Below, piece after piece: positions 1-14,103 of a stretch of 64,000 bases of DNA. The stretch is taken from assembly GCA_964016885.1 (NCBI GenBank), contig OZ024745.1:35588001-35652000 (forward strand). The letters run 5' to 3'. The first letter of the stretch is position 1. Each line of letters begins with the position of its first letter. The notes below the pieces were generated by a model. That model saw only the letters and a program-made list of their open reading frames with translations, searched no databases and was not told the origin of the DNA. A program made the translations under genes and the position numbers. The stretch is from Eledone cirrhosa (Eukaryota).

Positions 1-980
1 AAACACAGATTGTATTTAAAAAGATAAGAGTACAATGTTATAACACAAAAGAAGAAATACTAAAACAGCCTAACATCATAACACCAAAAATAACTAAAGA
101 TGACATCTTGAAAGAAGTCAACCAGAGGATTGAGGAAATCAGACCAAATAGAAACATTGGTAAAGAACAACTTAGGGAACCAGTTGCTCGAGATAATGAA
201 AACGACCGCAGGTTTCTAGAAAACAATGAACAAGTCATAGAAGAGGCTAAAGAAGACATTTTAAGAGAATTAAGTAGAAACTTATGCACTGCAATGAAAG
301 TTTCAGAACAACAAAAAGGATATACATAAGATCAATATTTACAATGCTGCTATGAACGAAATTTTAGCAGAAGGTGAAATCAAACTAACCTCTTCTAACA
401 ACCTCGTGTACTCTACAGCTAAATCTATAAGCTGCAAAATTGGTCTTAAAATTACGAAAAAGTAAACAAACATGTTATTAAGCAATCTAAATGCCAAAAA
501 AAAAAAAAATACTGAAAGAAATTGATAACCTGAGAGGTCAATAGTCGAAGAGCAACCATAGATGTGAGCGTAAAGACTCGAAAAGCAAGAAAAGTTAAAA
601 GAAAGTGTAAGATCATAGATGGAGAAAATCTATTGAATACCAATGAATCTCTGAAACAACGCACCCAGGTCAAATCACAGGGGATTGGACGATATGATAA
701 GAGAAGCAAACTCTACAAACAAAATAACATCTTTCAAACCGATACAAAGAAATTTTACAGGGAATTAGGAAAACACCAATTTGAGATTAAGGAACTAACG
801 TGTCTCAACAATTCTGGTAAAATATATGAAGCAGTAAAACAATGAAAAAAAATATAATAAAAAGCTGAATGGTTTAATAGAGAAATATACCGAATGAGAG
901 ATATTGACCTGTGAGAGCTAAAGTAGGCACTTAGTAAAGTACAAAAATGTAATACACCAAATCCTTACGGATGCAGAAAG
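1..980 (+). mobile_element. Heavily decayed R4/Dong-clade LINE fragment (region upstream of RT)
   Basis: ORF 564..845 has RYDKRSKLYKQNNIFQTDTKKFYRELG, matching RYESRVSQYRQNRMFDNNQKMLFGQLE of the R4 element at 9752..10843; many stops and frameshifts; ends approximate. Confidence 0.65.
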
Positions 981-1328
981 AACTTGCTAATGAAATTACG
1001 TCTATAATACAAAACTCAACGTTACAGCTTCTACCAAAGTAGAGTTGGTTGAATTACTGGTGTAATGTCCAATGAGTCCCGGACCATCCAACATGTGTTA
1101 CATGTTGTTAGTCGCGTTCAGCAATGATCTAACATATGTTTGCATACATACATATACAAGACAGTAAACATAATGAAGCGCTAATGAGACTTAATGATAA
1201 TTGTTACATTCATTGTAAATAGTTTTTCTCTAAATATGTATAGAATAGAATACATATTACATGATGTTGAGTAACATTACGGATATTGAGGTTATACAGA
1301 GGTAGAACCAATTGATTATTTTGCAATG

Positions 1329-1490
<162 letters not shown>

Positions 1491-2704
1491 TTTGGGGTTA
1501 TTATTATCTTGTTTATCTTTTTTAACTGGTTGACGGGATATCTTAAACTGAACAGACTGTTTAAAATGGATAAAAGGTCTCAGAATATTATTACAAATTG
1601 AAAACTTTACGTTGTTAATGTGTCGTTCTTTGGTAGATCTACGCATATATTTACATACTGCACATAAATATGAGCTCTTAAATTTAGTTTCTGTCAGACA
1701 GTGAAATATCCTACCAAGACTTAATCGCTTTCATTATCATTATTGATTCCTGGTGAATAATAGTGAATAATTTAAGCCCTTTCGCAAGATAAAGTGTTCT
1801 CTTTAATGTATAGTTCTCTTGGCTTTGTCGAGCAAATAACAGATATTTGTTTTTAACTAGACATTAAACTACTTGAACGGATAATTTTCTTTGCATATTA
1901 ACAACGTTCATTATTGTGCTCCGGGCTGTTAAATGGTTCAAAATTGTGAAGCAATATTTTATTGTTGTCGAGATTCCAAATAGTGATTTTGTCGATGTGA
2001 TTGAAGACTGAAAACATTTTGCTATGTCTCTTTTACCAAATTTGCCGAATATGCTGTCAAGCATTCCAGTAAATACACATATCTCTTCAAGAATTTACAT
2101 ATCAATATGAATTTACAATAAATGTATTTAAATTCATAGTCGTTTCCATATCTTACTCCAAATCTTAAATTGAAATATACCTTCCATGTTTTCTTTTCCC
2201 ATCTGATAAAACGTTCGCTGAATAAAGATAGAATCGAGATATCATTGAGTTGAAATCTCGCGAAGTTCTTTAATCGTTTGTTAAATCACCATGATTTTTT
2301 ACGCGATGCCTGACAAAGAAACATTAATCATATCACCTTGTCTTCTCAGGTGAGCGTATGTAACATGGACACCAAGAGAGATAATTATACGTTTGACTTA
2401 TTGGTGAAAACGTTAAGGTGATATGTTAGAGTCGAAGAAAGATATATAATAATTCAAGATCAGGTAGAATCATTGAAAACATTTCTGTCGATGTGTGGTA
2501 GAGTAATAGAACTACTAGAATATCAGACAAACAATATGCTATACAGAATATGTTTGGACTTTCAGTGTTTCTATCCTTCTAAGGTCAATACAAATGTAAA
2601 AACAAGCAATTTCCTCTACACACATCATTGGATTTGTGCTTAAATTAGAAAACCTTTTATGCAGTCTATAACTAGATATTTGCATAGAGATTATTTCTAG
2701 ACAA

Positions 2705-2862
2705 CCTAGTAGTCAACCAGGCATATTTTGTCCATCATTTAAATCCAAAATGTTAACAATTTGTTTTGTTATCCACATCTGAGCCTAGTAGTCAACCAAG
2801 CATATTTTGTCCTTCATTTAAATCCAAAATGTTAACAATTTATTTTGTTATCCACATCTGAA
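2705..2862. repeat. Tandem duplication, 2 x 79 bp
   Basis: CCTAGTAGTCAACCA...ATCCACATCTGA starts at 2705 and 2784, with few mismatches. Confidence 0.9.
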
Positions 2863-3131
2863 CCTGATAAGTTGCGCTATGGATCACAACTGATTAGATA
2901 TCTAATGCATGTCGATGAGCAAATCGTTGTGTGGTTATTTGATTTAACAGAAATTGCAGCCAAATTTCCTTCAAAGCACATAGTCTACAATATCGAAGTA
3001 ACACAGAGAATAAAGTTGTCTTATATACACAAGACAGTAAGTGGAATGCCAGCATCTGAAATGCTCCCTACCGAGGGTGATCTGAAATAGGACTTAACTA
3101 CACTACCACCACCATCATCATATTCCTCATG

Positions 3132-3350
3132 AACACCAAACTGAGTGTCAAAATCCGGAAATACAGTGGACCACAGTTTTTAACTCGGCATAGAGTACAT
3201 ATGCGTCTATGTCAACCCACATTGTTGCAAGCCCATACGCACAAACACGAGCCCAGGTACATCCCATAATCACACCCACCCACACACAGATTATACAAAC
3301 ACACACACACACCCATATATATATATATGTATATATATACGTGCGCACAC

Positions 3351-3434
<84 letters not shown>

Positions 3435-4150
3435 GTATCAGTGCATGTTCAATCTTAAATAACAGGATCTATGTATGGACATATGCATAAGTCTGTGCTG
3501 CCATAGGAGTCGATCGAGGTAGGGGTAGGGGTGGTGAAAGTGTAGGGGGTGGTTATTGTCCATAGAGCTTGAGGACAACAACAACACTTTGGGATGGGAA
3601 CTCCCCTCAAGCTATAGCGACTTCCACGGGACATGTAGACATCTCAGGCCGGGACCTTCCTCTAGCTATATGGGCAACAACAACGCGTTGGGAAGGGAAC
3701 TTCCCTCAAGCTATAGGGACAGTAGCCCCGCCACACCGAGCCCACGGTAAACCACCCCCTACACTTTCACCACCCCTACCCCTGCCTCGATCGGCTCCTA
3801 TGGCAGCTTAGACTTATGCATATGTCCATACATAGATCCTGTTATTTAAGATTGTACATGCACTGATACTTACATTTATGTGTGGGTGTGTTTGGGTGTG
3901 GGTGGGTGGATGTGTATGTGTGTGTGTGTGTGCGTGTGTGTGCGCGTATATATATATACATATATGGGTGTGTGTGTGTTTGTATAATCTGTGTGTGTGT
4001 GGGTGTGTGTGATTATGGGATGCAGCTGGGCTCGTGTTTGCGTATGGGCTTGCAACGATGTGGGTTGACAGAGACGCATATGTACTCTATGCCGAGTTAA
4101 AAACTGTGGTCCTCTGTATTTCCGGATTTTGACACTCAGGTTATGGTGTT
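3132..4150. mobile_element. ~1 kb fold-back element (about 400 bp inverted arms, about 190 bp spacer)
   Basis: CTGAGTGTCAAAATCCGGAAATACAG (3141) is mirrored by CTGTATTTCCGGATTTTGACACTCAG (ends 4139); arms about 3132-3555 and 3748-4150; no coding capacity. Confidence 0.85.
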
Positions 4151-4441
4151 TTACACTCCACTCTTGCCTCATTTGCTCTTAAAAAGCACCACCCCATGAT
4201 AGTGTAATCCTTTGCATTTCCCGATTCTGACACATAGCCTTTCTACTTCAGTCAATATTTTACAAATCTTTCAAACTTTAATATTGGCTATAACACACAC
4301 GCTCTTTATTCTTCTTGGATATTTGATATTGGCTATAACAAACATGCATTTTATTCTATTTTATTTTATTTATTTATTTTTTTTTTTTGCCTCTTCATTT
4401 TATTGTATCTTATCTTATTATTTTATTATTTATTTAATGAA

Positions 4442-4628
4442 GGTGGATTGGTACTATTGGTAGAGAGTCGGACGCCATGCTTTCCAGCATAGTTACGTCC
4501 CTTTACAGTCTGAGTTCAAATCCCGCCGAGGTTAACTTTACCTTTCATCCTTACAGGGTCGATAAAATAAAGTACCAGTAATGTACTGGGTAATTGCTGG
4601 CCTTGTGCCAAAAGTAGAAACAATTATT
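4442..4628 (+). mobile_element. tRNA-derived SINE, family A
   Basis: B-box-like GAGTTCAAATCC, core CCTTTCATCCTTAC.GGGTCGATAAAATAAAGTACCAG, tail GAAACAATTATT; five more copies in the window. Confidence 0.9.
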
Positions 4629-5044
4629 TTATTATTTATTTTATTTTATTTTATTTTATCTTTTTATATTTTATTTCTTCATTTTACTTTATCTTATTTC
4701 ATTATCTGTTTGGCACCCCCACCACGTGAAAGGGTGGTAGGATTGATGTCAGACCACACACACTCATTCTTCTAAAGACAGCAGCAGCAGAACTAAGGCT
4801 GACCTGCCAGCTAACCCCCTAACACCAATAAACACAAGAGAGGAGGTCAGCTGTACCTAACAAAAACAACCACAACAGATTGTCTTGCCTCAGAAAAAAA
4901 TGTCTATAGACTTTTGACTGAGTAATGTTCTCACAACTGACCAATGGAGAAATAACAACCCAACCAGGAGCTGGACATATCGGAGTATTGACGGAGTAAA
5001 ACATTTTAAGAACATGTGTACCTATCTCTACCACACCAATTCGG

Positions 5045-5099
5045 ACTGCCTGAAGAGGTCACAGCCAATGATGGCTGTCACCGAAATATATATAGCAGT
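5045..5099 (+). ncRNA. Minimal type I hammerhead ribozyme, canonical core
   Basis: ACTGC-CTGAAGA-[GGTCACAGCC aatgat GGCTGTCACC]-GAAA-TATATA-TA-GCAGT; stem I 5 bp, stem II 9 of 10 bp, palindromic stem III; AATAAA follows at 5108. Confidence 0.85.
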
Positions 5100-7029
5100 A
5101 CATCCATAATAAACGAAGACAAATTTTAAATATTTGACTTAATTACTTTATTTTACATTACTCCGGAGTAACCAAACCAACCTGCGTACTTCGTCGAGTG
5201 CTCCAATCTGCATACTGTGGTGTCGGTAAACAACCAACATATACTCAAAATATATATATACATATATATAGTGACTAATGGAAACTTCAAGTATTTAACT
5301 TATCAAAGGTTATCATGTTATTTCCTTTGTTCAATTTGTCGCTTTGAAAATCAAAACTTGAGATGGATATTGCCTTATGGTCCCAACGGATAGAGTTTTA
5401 AAGGCATTACACAGGAGGATATCGAGCGAGATTCGCTGAAAGATGTGCTCGGCGCTCTCTCTAGCAGGTGTTCAACGTCGGCATTATCGTAGTAAGTGGA
5501 AATGTTCTATGCACTAAGCTTATGGAAAACTTTAGAACGCCATATGTTGCGTATTTCTCTGTGTTTCACCAATGATGTAGAATTCTCTCATGATACAACA
5601 ATAAGGGTTGAAAATGAATTATGGATGTTCGTCACATTGCTCAATCAACGAGGATATTACTTGAATACGACATGTTTATATGTCTATATACTCAATGCAT
5701 ATATTGATATATCATTTACACATTCTTGGTTTACCTTGTTCTGTATTTGGACAGATCTGTATTTATAACAATCATATATGTATACTCAGTATATAACGTC
5801 AACTTTACATGTTAAATACACGACTTTAACATAATATATAGCTGCAATGAACACTTTAAATATAAATTAATTCTGAGGTCTAAGGGAGTTTGCCCATTCA
5901 AATGAAAAATTAATATTTATATAATAGCAAATCAATTCTGCGTTTCAACTTCGGAATATAAACAAAATTAATTTACTGTTCTGTCCGGTAGCCGAAAGAT
6001 TATTAGGGATAACGCAGGCAACAACTATCTGAACATATTTGTAACCGTATAATTTATGACTTTAATCATTTATGAATCTCATTCAGCTGCTTAATAGAGC
6101 ACGAGAGATATCGTTCTGTTGGCTGGAAGATCAGGAAATCAGACGTACGATGACAGAACTTTACTTCGTTCAAATATTTCATATTGACTAACTAAAAAGA
6201 TGGAATTCCCTAAAGACAATATAGAATTTAAATTTCGTATGTAATTTTTCCATTTATGAGAAATTGTTGGATAGACAGACATAAGTTGCAGCACATAATT
6301 AAATTGTTTATGGCGAAAACCTAATTCGTTATCATTTACAAAATCAATAAAATCTTTAACAAGACCAAGGGAGCCAGTAACAGTAACAGAGCAACATCAA
6401 AACCTGATTCAACATAATTTGTTGCAACATAAACAATGAATAGAATAGCAGGAAACCACTAAGGGATACACTACGTGGCTGTTAGAACTGCTAGATATAA
6501 CAGCGAAATCTCCCTCAAAATACATCTACCGATTCCATTACAAATTCTGTGACAGGGTCGCCTGTTTGAAGAAACATCATCCGTCATTTTTTTCTGACTG
6601 TCCCCTACAAATCTTAGGGATCCGCCAAAATTCAAGGGCACTTTGTCCTTACCATTTACAGAAATACATAGCCACTTGTATACTACATCGGTTTTACATT
6701 ATTGTGTGGTTAGGGGTGTTGCTCCTGATTTCTCTATTTGTAGAAGAGAACTATTTGAAAACGAGTTGGTTGGGTTGTACCTGTAAAATCAGGGTTGTAC
6801 CTGTCACATGCAGTCTCGAGCTCAATCTCCTTGAAAACTAAGTTAATGGCACACATTTCTATACTCTGATCAACCTCTCATCAGTTAAACGATATGTTTA
6901 AGAATAAACATTTGAAAGCCTTTCACGGTGAATTTTAAAGGTGATGCCTGGTGCCTTCTACCTTGTTCCAGCAGAAGCAAGGGGGAAGCAAGCGACAGCT
7001 GTTTCTGTCTGTGTAACTGTGGTCAAGAT

Positions 7030-8134
7030 TACTCACATTTAAAATTCATAGCATTACCAAACAATGTGTGGTGGGGGTTTTGGTGGTATTATTTCTATTG
7101 TATTGAGAGCAGTTTTCCTGATATGTGCGCAGTGCCTAGTAATGCTATTTTTTGTATGCTGTATATATTTGTGAGTCCTACGGCTTTGGTTATATATGTG
7201 TGTGGGTTTGACATCATCCCCAGAGCATTGATATAGGTAATATTTTTGATGTCATCATCGACATTCAGGTTGTTTCTATATTTAGTACTACATATTTGGA
7301 AAACATTTCTCTAATTCCTTAGAAGACACATTGTCTTCTGTAGCGATTGATGCATCAATCAAGAGACATTTTTTTTCGTCGTGGTCTTTGACTATAATAT
7401 CCGGTTGGTTTGCTTCGATCTCCCTGTCTGAGTGTATTGACAAATCCCAGAGTATGGTTGCTATGTAATTCTCTGACACCTTTTCTAATTTGTGTCTGCA
7501 CCATCATTTTTCTGCTGGCATTTTGTAGTGTCGGCATAACGTCCAGTTTATGTAAATTCGGACTCTATCATGTCTGTGGCAGTATTCATTTTTGGATAAG
7601 ACTTGGCAGCTAGACGCAATGCCATAATTATTGCTTTCCCACTTCCCTATATTCTACAGTTACTAAATGCATTCTGCTTTCTTTCTCACCACACACCCTA
7701 CAAAGTGTAAAATTCACTGACTGTCAATATTGAACATGATATAGTTCGCTCTTAGTGCCTGTTCTTGGGCTGCATAAATAAGGGCCTCAGTTTCAAATTT
7801 TACGTCACTTTCCCTAGTACATTCCCAGTTCCTATCCTTTTTAACTGTCTCCCGCATTTCACGTATGATTTGACCAAACATTTTTTCCTCCATCTATTTA
7901 ATGTGTCAATTTGTCCGTTTTGTTTAAATTCTCTCTTTTCATTTGCTTCATCACTATTTAGGAATTTTATCTTTGAATCCTTTAAATACCATGCCAGATT
8001 ATTTTCTTCCGACTTCACACACATTTCGCAGCTAATGAGACCTCATCGTCCTCTCTGTCGTGATAAATACAACCTGTCCACAATACTTCTAGGGTGTAGT
8101 GCCACTTGTTGTGTCACGATTTTCCTGGTCTTCT
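7030..8134 (-). mobile_element. Decayed R4/Dong LINE 3' portion with REL endonuclease
   Basis: Minus-strand translations KTRKIVTQQVALHPRSIVDRLYLSR, EENNLAWYLK, ILWDLSIHSDREIEANQPDIIV..CLLIDAS and QKIALLGTAHISGKLLSIQ*. Confidence 0.8.
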
Positions 8135-8211
8135 ATTATTAACATTATTATTATTATTATTTTTGTTGTTGTTCTTGTTGTTGTTATTATTATTATCGTT
8201 GTATTTATTGT

Positions 8212-8266
<55 letters not shown>
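8135..8266. repeat. (ATT/GTT)n switching to (AAT)n microsatellite
   Basis: Directly visible; strand switch near 8212. Confidence 0.9.
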
Positions 8267-8268
<2 letters not shown>

Positions 8269-8699
8269 TGATATGTACGTTCCAATAGACAAGAATGTAT
8301 CTATAAAAACATTTGAAATTTTGTGCAAGTATAAGGACATGGAGATAGAAATTGGAAAAATGTGGAAATTGAGAACTAAAACAATACCAGTGGTTGCAGG
8401 CGCTCTAGGAATGATACCTAAGGGGTCTAATGATTACTTATCGCAAATACCATGAAACCCGCGTATAGGAGAAATACAAAAGATAGTACTAATGGGAACT
8501 GCCCATATACTAAGGAAGATTCTGTCAATATAAGTACAACACAAATCTAAACACCTAAAGATGCATGTGTGAATATGTGTGTTCTTTCTTGAACATGGCG
8601 GACCTTGTTGTCTCTTGAGGTCACTGGTTGTGACTTGGTGATAACTCGTATGAACATAAAGCAAGATAAATGCAGCTGTAATAATAATAATAATAATAA
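8267..8699 (+). mobile_element. 5'-truncated R4/Dong LINE 3' end inside (TAA)n
   Basis: IDMYVPIDKNVSIKTFE..KYKDMEIEIGKMWKLRTKTIPVVAGALG..IQKIVLMGTAHILRKILSI*; (TAA)n on both sides. Confidence 0.85.
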
Positions 8700-8969
8700 G
8701 GGAAGAAAACGCACATGGTGGATATATATCGTTATGGAATCGCTCCCGTAACCTTTTGATTTTTACTTATTTAAAACAACTGTGATAGAATAATTCTTAT
8801 TACAAATGAAGTATAAGATTACAGTTTTAACGCTCAGCAAGCCATAACGCATCACTTTACGGCATAGGGCCCCAATATTTAATATTTAATTTTGGATCAG
8901 AAATGTTATAGTCAAAAAAGAGGAAAATGGCAAAATGGCTAAATGGCTAAATGGACAGACAGGCAAATT

Positions 8970-9229
8970 TCACCACCAACACCACCACCGCCACCATCAC
9001 CACTACCACGCCAAAAACTCTAGTCAAGTTGCCTCAACTTCTATTTCTACTTCAACTTCAACACCATCACTACAGTTCTACGATCACATCACCACCACCA
9101 CTGCCTCATTATCGCTACCGCCGCTATTCTCTCCCACTATCTCCTGCTAAGTACTACTAGCACAATACCACCACCACCACTGCCTCATTATCGCTACCGC
9201 CGCTATTCTCTCCCACTACCTCCTGCTAA
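8970..9229. repeat. (CAC)n-rich tract with an internal ~60 bp duplication
   Basis: ACCACCACCACTGCCTCATTATCGCTACCGCCGCTATTCTCTCCCACTA occurs near 9091 and 9170. Confidence 0.85.
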
Positions 9230-9589
9230 AACATGCATCGTAGTGTCCCCACTAAAAGAGGAAGGCATCAAAAGATATAAATAGACGGATTTGATGACCC
9301 GGTCAAAAAATCAAAATGAAAACAGCACAGCAGCAACGAAAAACGTAAAGAAAAGAAAAATGAAAAGAAAAACAAACAGACAGAGAAGGAAAAAAAAAGT
9401 TGGACATTCAAACATTACATTACAATGAAACTTATGCTTATTCTTTTTTTTTTTTTTTAACCTATTTGTTTGTTTATTTATGTTCGTCTACAGCGTGATA
9501 GTGCCACACTAAAATCACCGGGGGGGGGGGGGGGATGAAATCACCGGTGTTTATGTAACCATACCTTCACCAATCCTCGATAAGAGTGT

Positions 9590-12500
9590 TTAAATGTCGA
9601 AGTTAAACAGTTAGAATAACGGTGAAGTGGAGACTAGAATGTCATGTGACAGACTCTCACCCAGCAGCAGGGACCTGGCTGTCAACCAAATACTGCTGGT
9701 GTCGGAGGAAGAAGAAGAAGGAAAGGGACCAGAACCAACTGGACGAAAGAATTGAATAGAATTGTTATGCAATGTTACCTGAAGAGTAACCCCAAGGAGA
9801 AAGGCTATAGGAAACGGATGCATAACATCTGGAACGAGATTGGTCTATTTAAATTAGATGAACAAAAATTGGCCGGGCAGGCTCGGGTAATAAGAACTAA
9901 TGGGTGGATAAGCGAGCTGGAACTGGAGGAACTGAGCAGAGAGATTAGGTTGGAAATGGAGAGTGGAATATGCCAGGCAAACGAGCCATTGGGAAATGAA
10001 GGTGAAGAGGTTGAGAGAACGGAGGAACCATCCGAAGCAGACAATGATCTGAATGCTGAAATAAATAATACCTGGAACAAAGATACGGCCATTGAGGAGA
10101 TGAATCCTGACGGGCTAGGACAAGATTTGGTTGATATCCTAAACTTAGTGGTAGATGAATTGAACAATGATAGTGGGAAACCTATGAACCTAAGATTTGT
10201 AGACAGGAAAAAGTTAAAAGAAACAACAGCTAATGTAAACAAAGTCATCCCATACATTGAGGCGAGGAGCCTTCACCAGTGCAACAATATCCTCAAAGCA
10301 ACAGCAAATGCGGTGAGGAAATTACTTGGCATAAAAGCGAGAGGAAACAACAAACAAGAAAGATCAGAACCTTGGTGGAAGAAACGACTGAATGGTCAAA
10401 TCAGGGAAATGAGAAATGACATTGGAAAGCTTGAGTCCCTACTGAATGGGACACTAAAAAACATAGACACTAAAAATAGACTGGAAATAAAGTACAAAAC
10501 TAGGAGGAAAAAGCTAAATATAATCATAGAGGAACTGAAGCAACGCATTGTAGCAAAGAGTGCAAAGATTAGGCGATACGAGAGCAGAGTCAGTCAGTAT
10601 AGACAGAACCGCATGTTTGACAACAACCAGAAGATGCTGTTTGGACAGCTTGAAGGGAAAGAAAGAGGCAACGACTTGATCCCTGAGGCGGAACAAACTA
10701 AGACATTCTGGAGAGAAATATGGGAGCAGGATGTTAAACATAATGACCAGGCAGTGTGGATTGAGACAGTACAAAAGGAGATTAGTGAACAGGCACACCA
10801 ACAAACTGATTTGAAACTCTTAAGGGCCAGGCCAAAAAACTAACCAACTGGAAATCATCAGGCCCAGATGGTGTGCAGGGGTATTGGATTAAAAATATAA
10901 CATCTCTCCACCCGAAGCTGACAGCCATGTTCAATGACTGCTTGATGTCAGGTGAGGTACCTGAGTGGTTGACAAAGGGTACCACAGTTCTGGTAATGAA
11001 AGACCGAATCAAGGGTAATGATGTTACCAACTATAGACCTATCACATGTCTGTCCGTAATGTGGAAACTGTTGACAAGTATTATATCTGAGGAAATCTAC
11101 CATCACGTCCACGCAAACAACTTGTTACCGGACGAACAGAAAGGATGCCGAAAGAAGTCCCGTGGTACAAAGGACCAGTTACTTATTGATAAGATGGTAA
11201 TAAGGAATTGCAAGAGGAGACACACTGGTCTTGCCATGGGATGGATAAACTATAAAAAGGTATTTGACATGGTGCCTCATTCTTGGATCACCAAAAGCCT
11301 AGATATCTTCAAGGTGGCAGATAACATCAGACAGTTGTTGGGCAAAAGTATGAAGTCCTGGAAAACAGAGTTAACATTAGCTGGAGAATCCTTGGGAGGC
11401 GTGAAGATCAAGAGAGGTATCTTCCAGGGAGATAGTCTGTCCCCTCTGTTGTTTGTCCTTGCCCTGATGGCCCTGACCATTATATTGCGAAAAGTGAGAG
11501 CAGGATACAAGTTGGGAAAGGGAGAGCTTACCATCAATCACCTCCTCTTCATGAACGATATTAAGCTATTCGGGAAGAGTGAGAAGGAGTTGGATGTGCT
11601 CGTTGACACTGTCCGTATTTTCAGCAATGATATATGTATGCAATTTGGTATTAGTAAGTGTGGAGTCCTTGTGATGAAGAGGGGGTAAATTGAGCAGAAG
11701 CAACGGAATCCAGGTACCAACAGGTGAGATGATAAAGGAAATTGACACTGAAGAAGGATACACGTATTTGGGTGTTCTGGAGGCTGATGACATCAACATA
11801 AAAAATTGAAGGAATTGATAAGATTTGAATACATTCGGAGAATAAGGAGCGTATTAAAGTCACATCTGAACAGTAAGAATGCCATAAGTGCAGTAAATTC
11901 CCGAGCTGTGTGTATTATTAGATACAGTGCGGGAATTCTGAGATGGAATGTTGCTGAACAAAAAAGAAATGGATAGGAAGACTAGGAAGCTATTGACTAT
12001 CTACAACATGTTCCACAAGAGGAGTGATGTCGATAGACTCTACTTATCACATGATGTGATGGGCAGGGTGATCCACTGGCACCTATGCAAAGTAAACAAT
12101 TTACCACATTCTGAGAAGTGGTATGAGCATAAGCCAGAGTCGGTGATAGAAAACGATCAGGTGAAGGTGCTGTGGGATTTTAGGATACAGACGGACAAGA
12201 CACTGGAACACAATAGACCTGACCTGGTGGTTTTGGACAAGGATAAAAGATCGTGCCTGATTGTGGATGTGGCCTGCCCATTCGACACGAGAGTGCAAGA
12301 GAAGTAGAGGGAGAAAATTAACCGATACCAGGACTTAAAGTGGGAGATAACAAGGATTTGGAACTGCCATGAAGTCAGAGTGGTCCCGATTGTCATCGGC
12401 GCACTAGGTACTATCTCAACAAGTTTCCAGGGATGGTTAAAGAAAATTGGCCCCGCCACGCTTTTTGGAACGCTTCAAAAGGCATACTTGCTGGGAACAG

Positions 12501-12609
12501 CAAGAACCCTCCGATACGTCCTGAATATCTGAGGCTGCAGGTATTAGCTTGATATTAATGTTAACAAACTTTCCAGTTAACTAACATCAATGACTGAGAC
12601 TCAAAGAAC

Positions 12610-12670
<61 letters not shown>
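9590..12670 (+). mobile_element. Near full-length, disrupted R4/Dong-clade non-LTR retrotransposon (RT plus REL endonuclease)
   Basis: GYRKRM..IW, PWWKKRL, YRPITCL, GIFQGDSLSPLLF, HLLFMND (mutated YMDD), RPDLVVLD..IVDVACPFD; stop at 12530-12532; (TAA)n tail 12610-12670; frameshifts near 10830 and 11690; internal deletion near 12049; 5' end approximate. Confidence 0.93.
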
Positions 12671-12674
<4 letters not shown>

Positions 12675-14011
12675 TAATAATGATAATAATAATTATTACG
12701 ACTAGTAGTAGTAGTAGTAGTAGTAGAAGCAGCAGTAATGATGGTAGTAGTAGTAGTGACAATGCTATTATATTATATTTGATAACTTTAATTAGAAGTA
12801 AAGTAAATGTCTCGGTAAAATATCTTCATGCCAATTGTACTGAGCTGTCAGATGGAATGGAATTCATTTAATGCTAAAAAGTTTTTAATGGAAAGCGAAA
12901 AAGCGGTGAAGTAGAAAACATTGCAATCTGATTGTTGATATCAAAGAAGATGATGAGTGTAATGAAGAGTAAATAGGATATGTTAAATAGAAAGGAATTA
13001 TGCGAAGAAACGGAAAATGCAATTCAACAGAATCAAGACATTATATAGTGAGCCGTCGTGGACTAAGACAGCAAAATGTTCATATATGCTACGACAGTGT
13101 TGTTCCTCGTGGGGTAGGCCTCCTATATCATTATATATTCTTTAATGGTTCTGTTGCTGTAGGGTAGTCCAAATCGTCTAAATCCTCCCATTAGTCAATG
13201 ATAGAAAATTGTTTGTTTTAAAGTGTTTATTTTATATATAAAAAACATATTTCAACATTATTTTAAATAATATATTTCGTTAAGTTATGTTCCTTTAGAA
13301 GTCTGATCTTTACAAAATTAGTTAAAATATCGTAGGCCTTATCTTTCATTCAAATTATGGTAAAGAAATATCTATATTTTCCAGCCATTTCAACCCATTT
13401 TATTTTAAAACAATATTTTTCTATAACTCTCGTAATTTATGTATCTGTTTCTAAACACACATGCCCACTCACAAAACACATATTCACACATACCCATACG
13501 TATGGTGCTATATGTAACTAGCCAACATTTCATTGCTCAGACGATGTTGTGAATGTGTTCATTAATTAACACTAGTACAGAGGTGTCAGAATCAGTAATT
13601 TTCGGTAGACAAATATAAATTGTGATAGAAATGATTAACACTGAATATGTATTAAAATTATTTCATACAGAGAAATATAAATAACACTTGACAAAATCAT
13701 ATGAAGTCTATATTTTTAAAACAAATACAATTTTCACTTCGTGGAAATATCTTAATGATAATTATTCATTATTTTATTCTTTTCGTTATTATATATTTTT
13801 TCCGTTTTATATATCAACAAATTAATCATATGTTCTAATGAATATTTCAACAAAAAATGTACTGCAGCCTGTATCACCTCTTTAAAGGAATTAGTATTAT
13901 GGTACATTTACATATATTCACGCGGTTATATATTAAACAATGTTCTATGCCCGCAAGCAAGTAAAAACTAGGAAATATTTGTTTCTTTTTTATGTTAGTA
14001 ATCAAATCTTA

Positions 14012-14014
<3 letters not shown>

Positions 14015-14102
<88 letters not shown>
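14015..14102. repeat. (TA)n(GA)n microsatellite
   Basis: Directly visible. Confidence 0.95.

Positions 14103-14103
<1 letters not shown>

Noticed and set aside
6850-6890. Minus-strand CTGATGA...GAAA
   Set aside because: No stem II or cleavage-site geometry
13088-13130. TCCTCGT resembling an HDV-like ribozyme L3 loop
   Set aside because: P3 and P1 pairings could not be built
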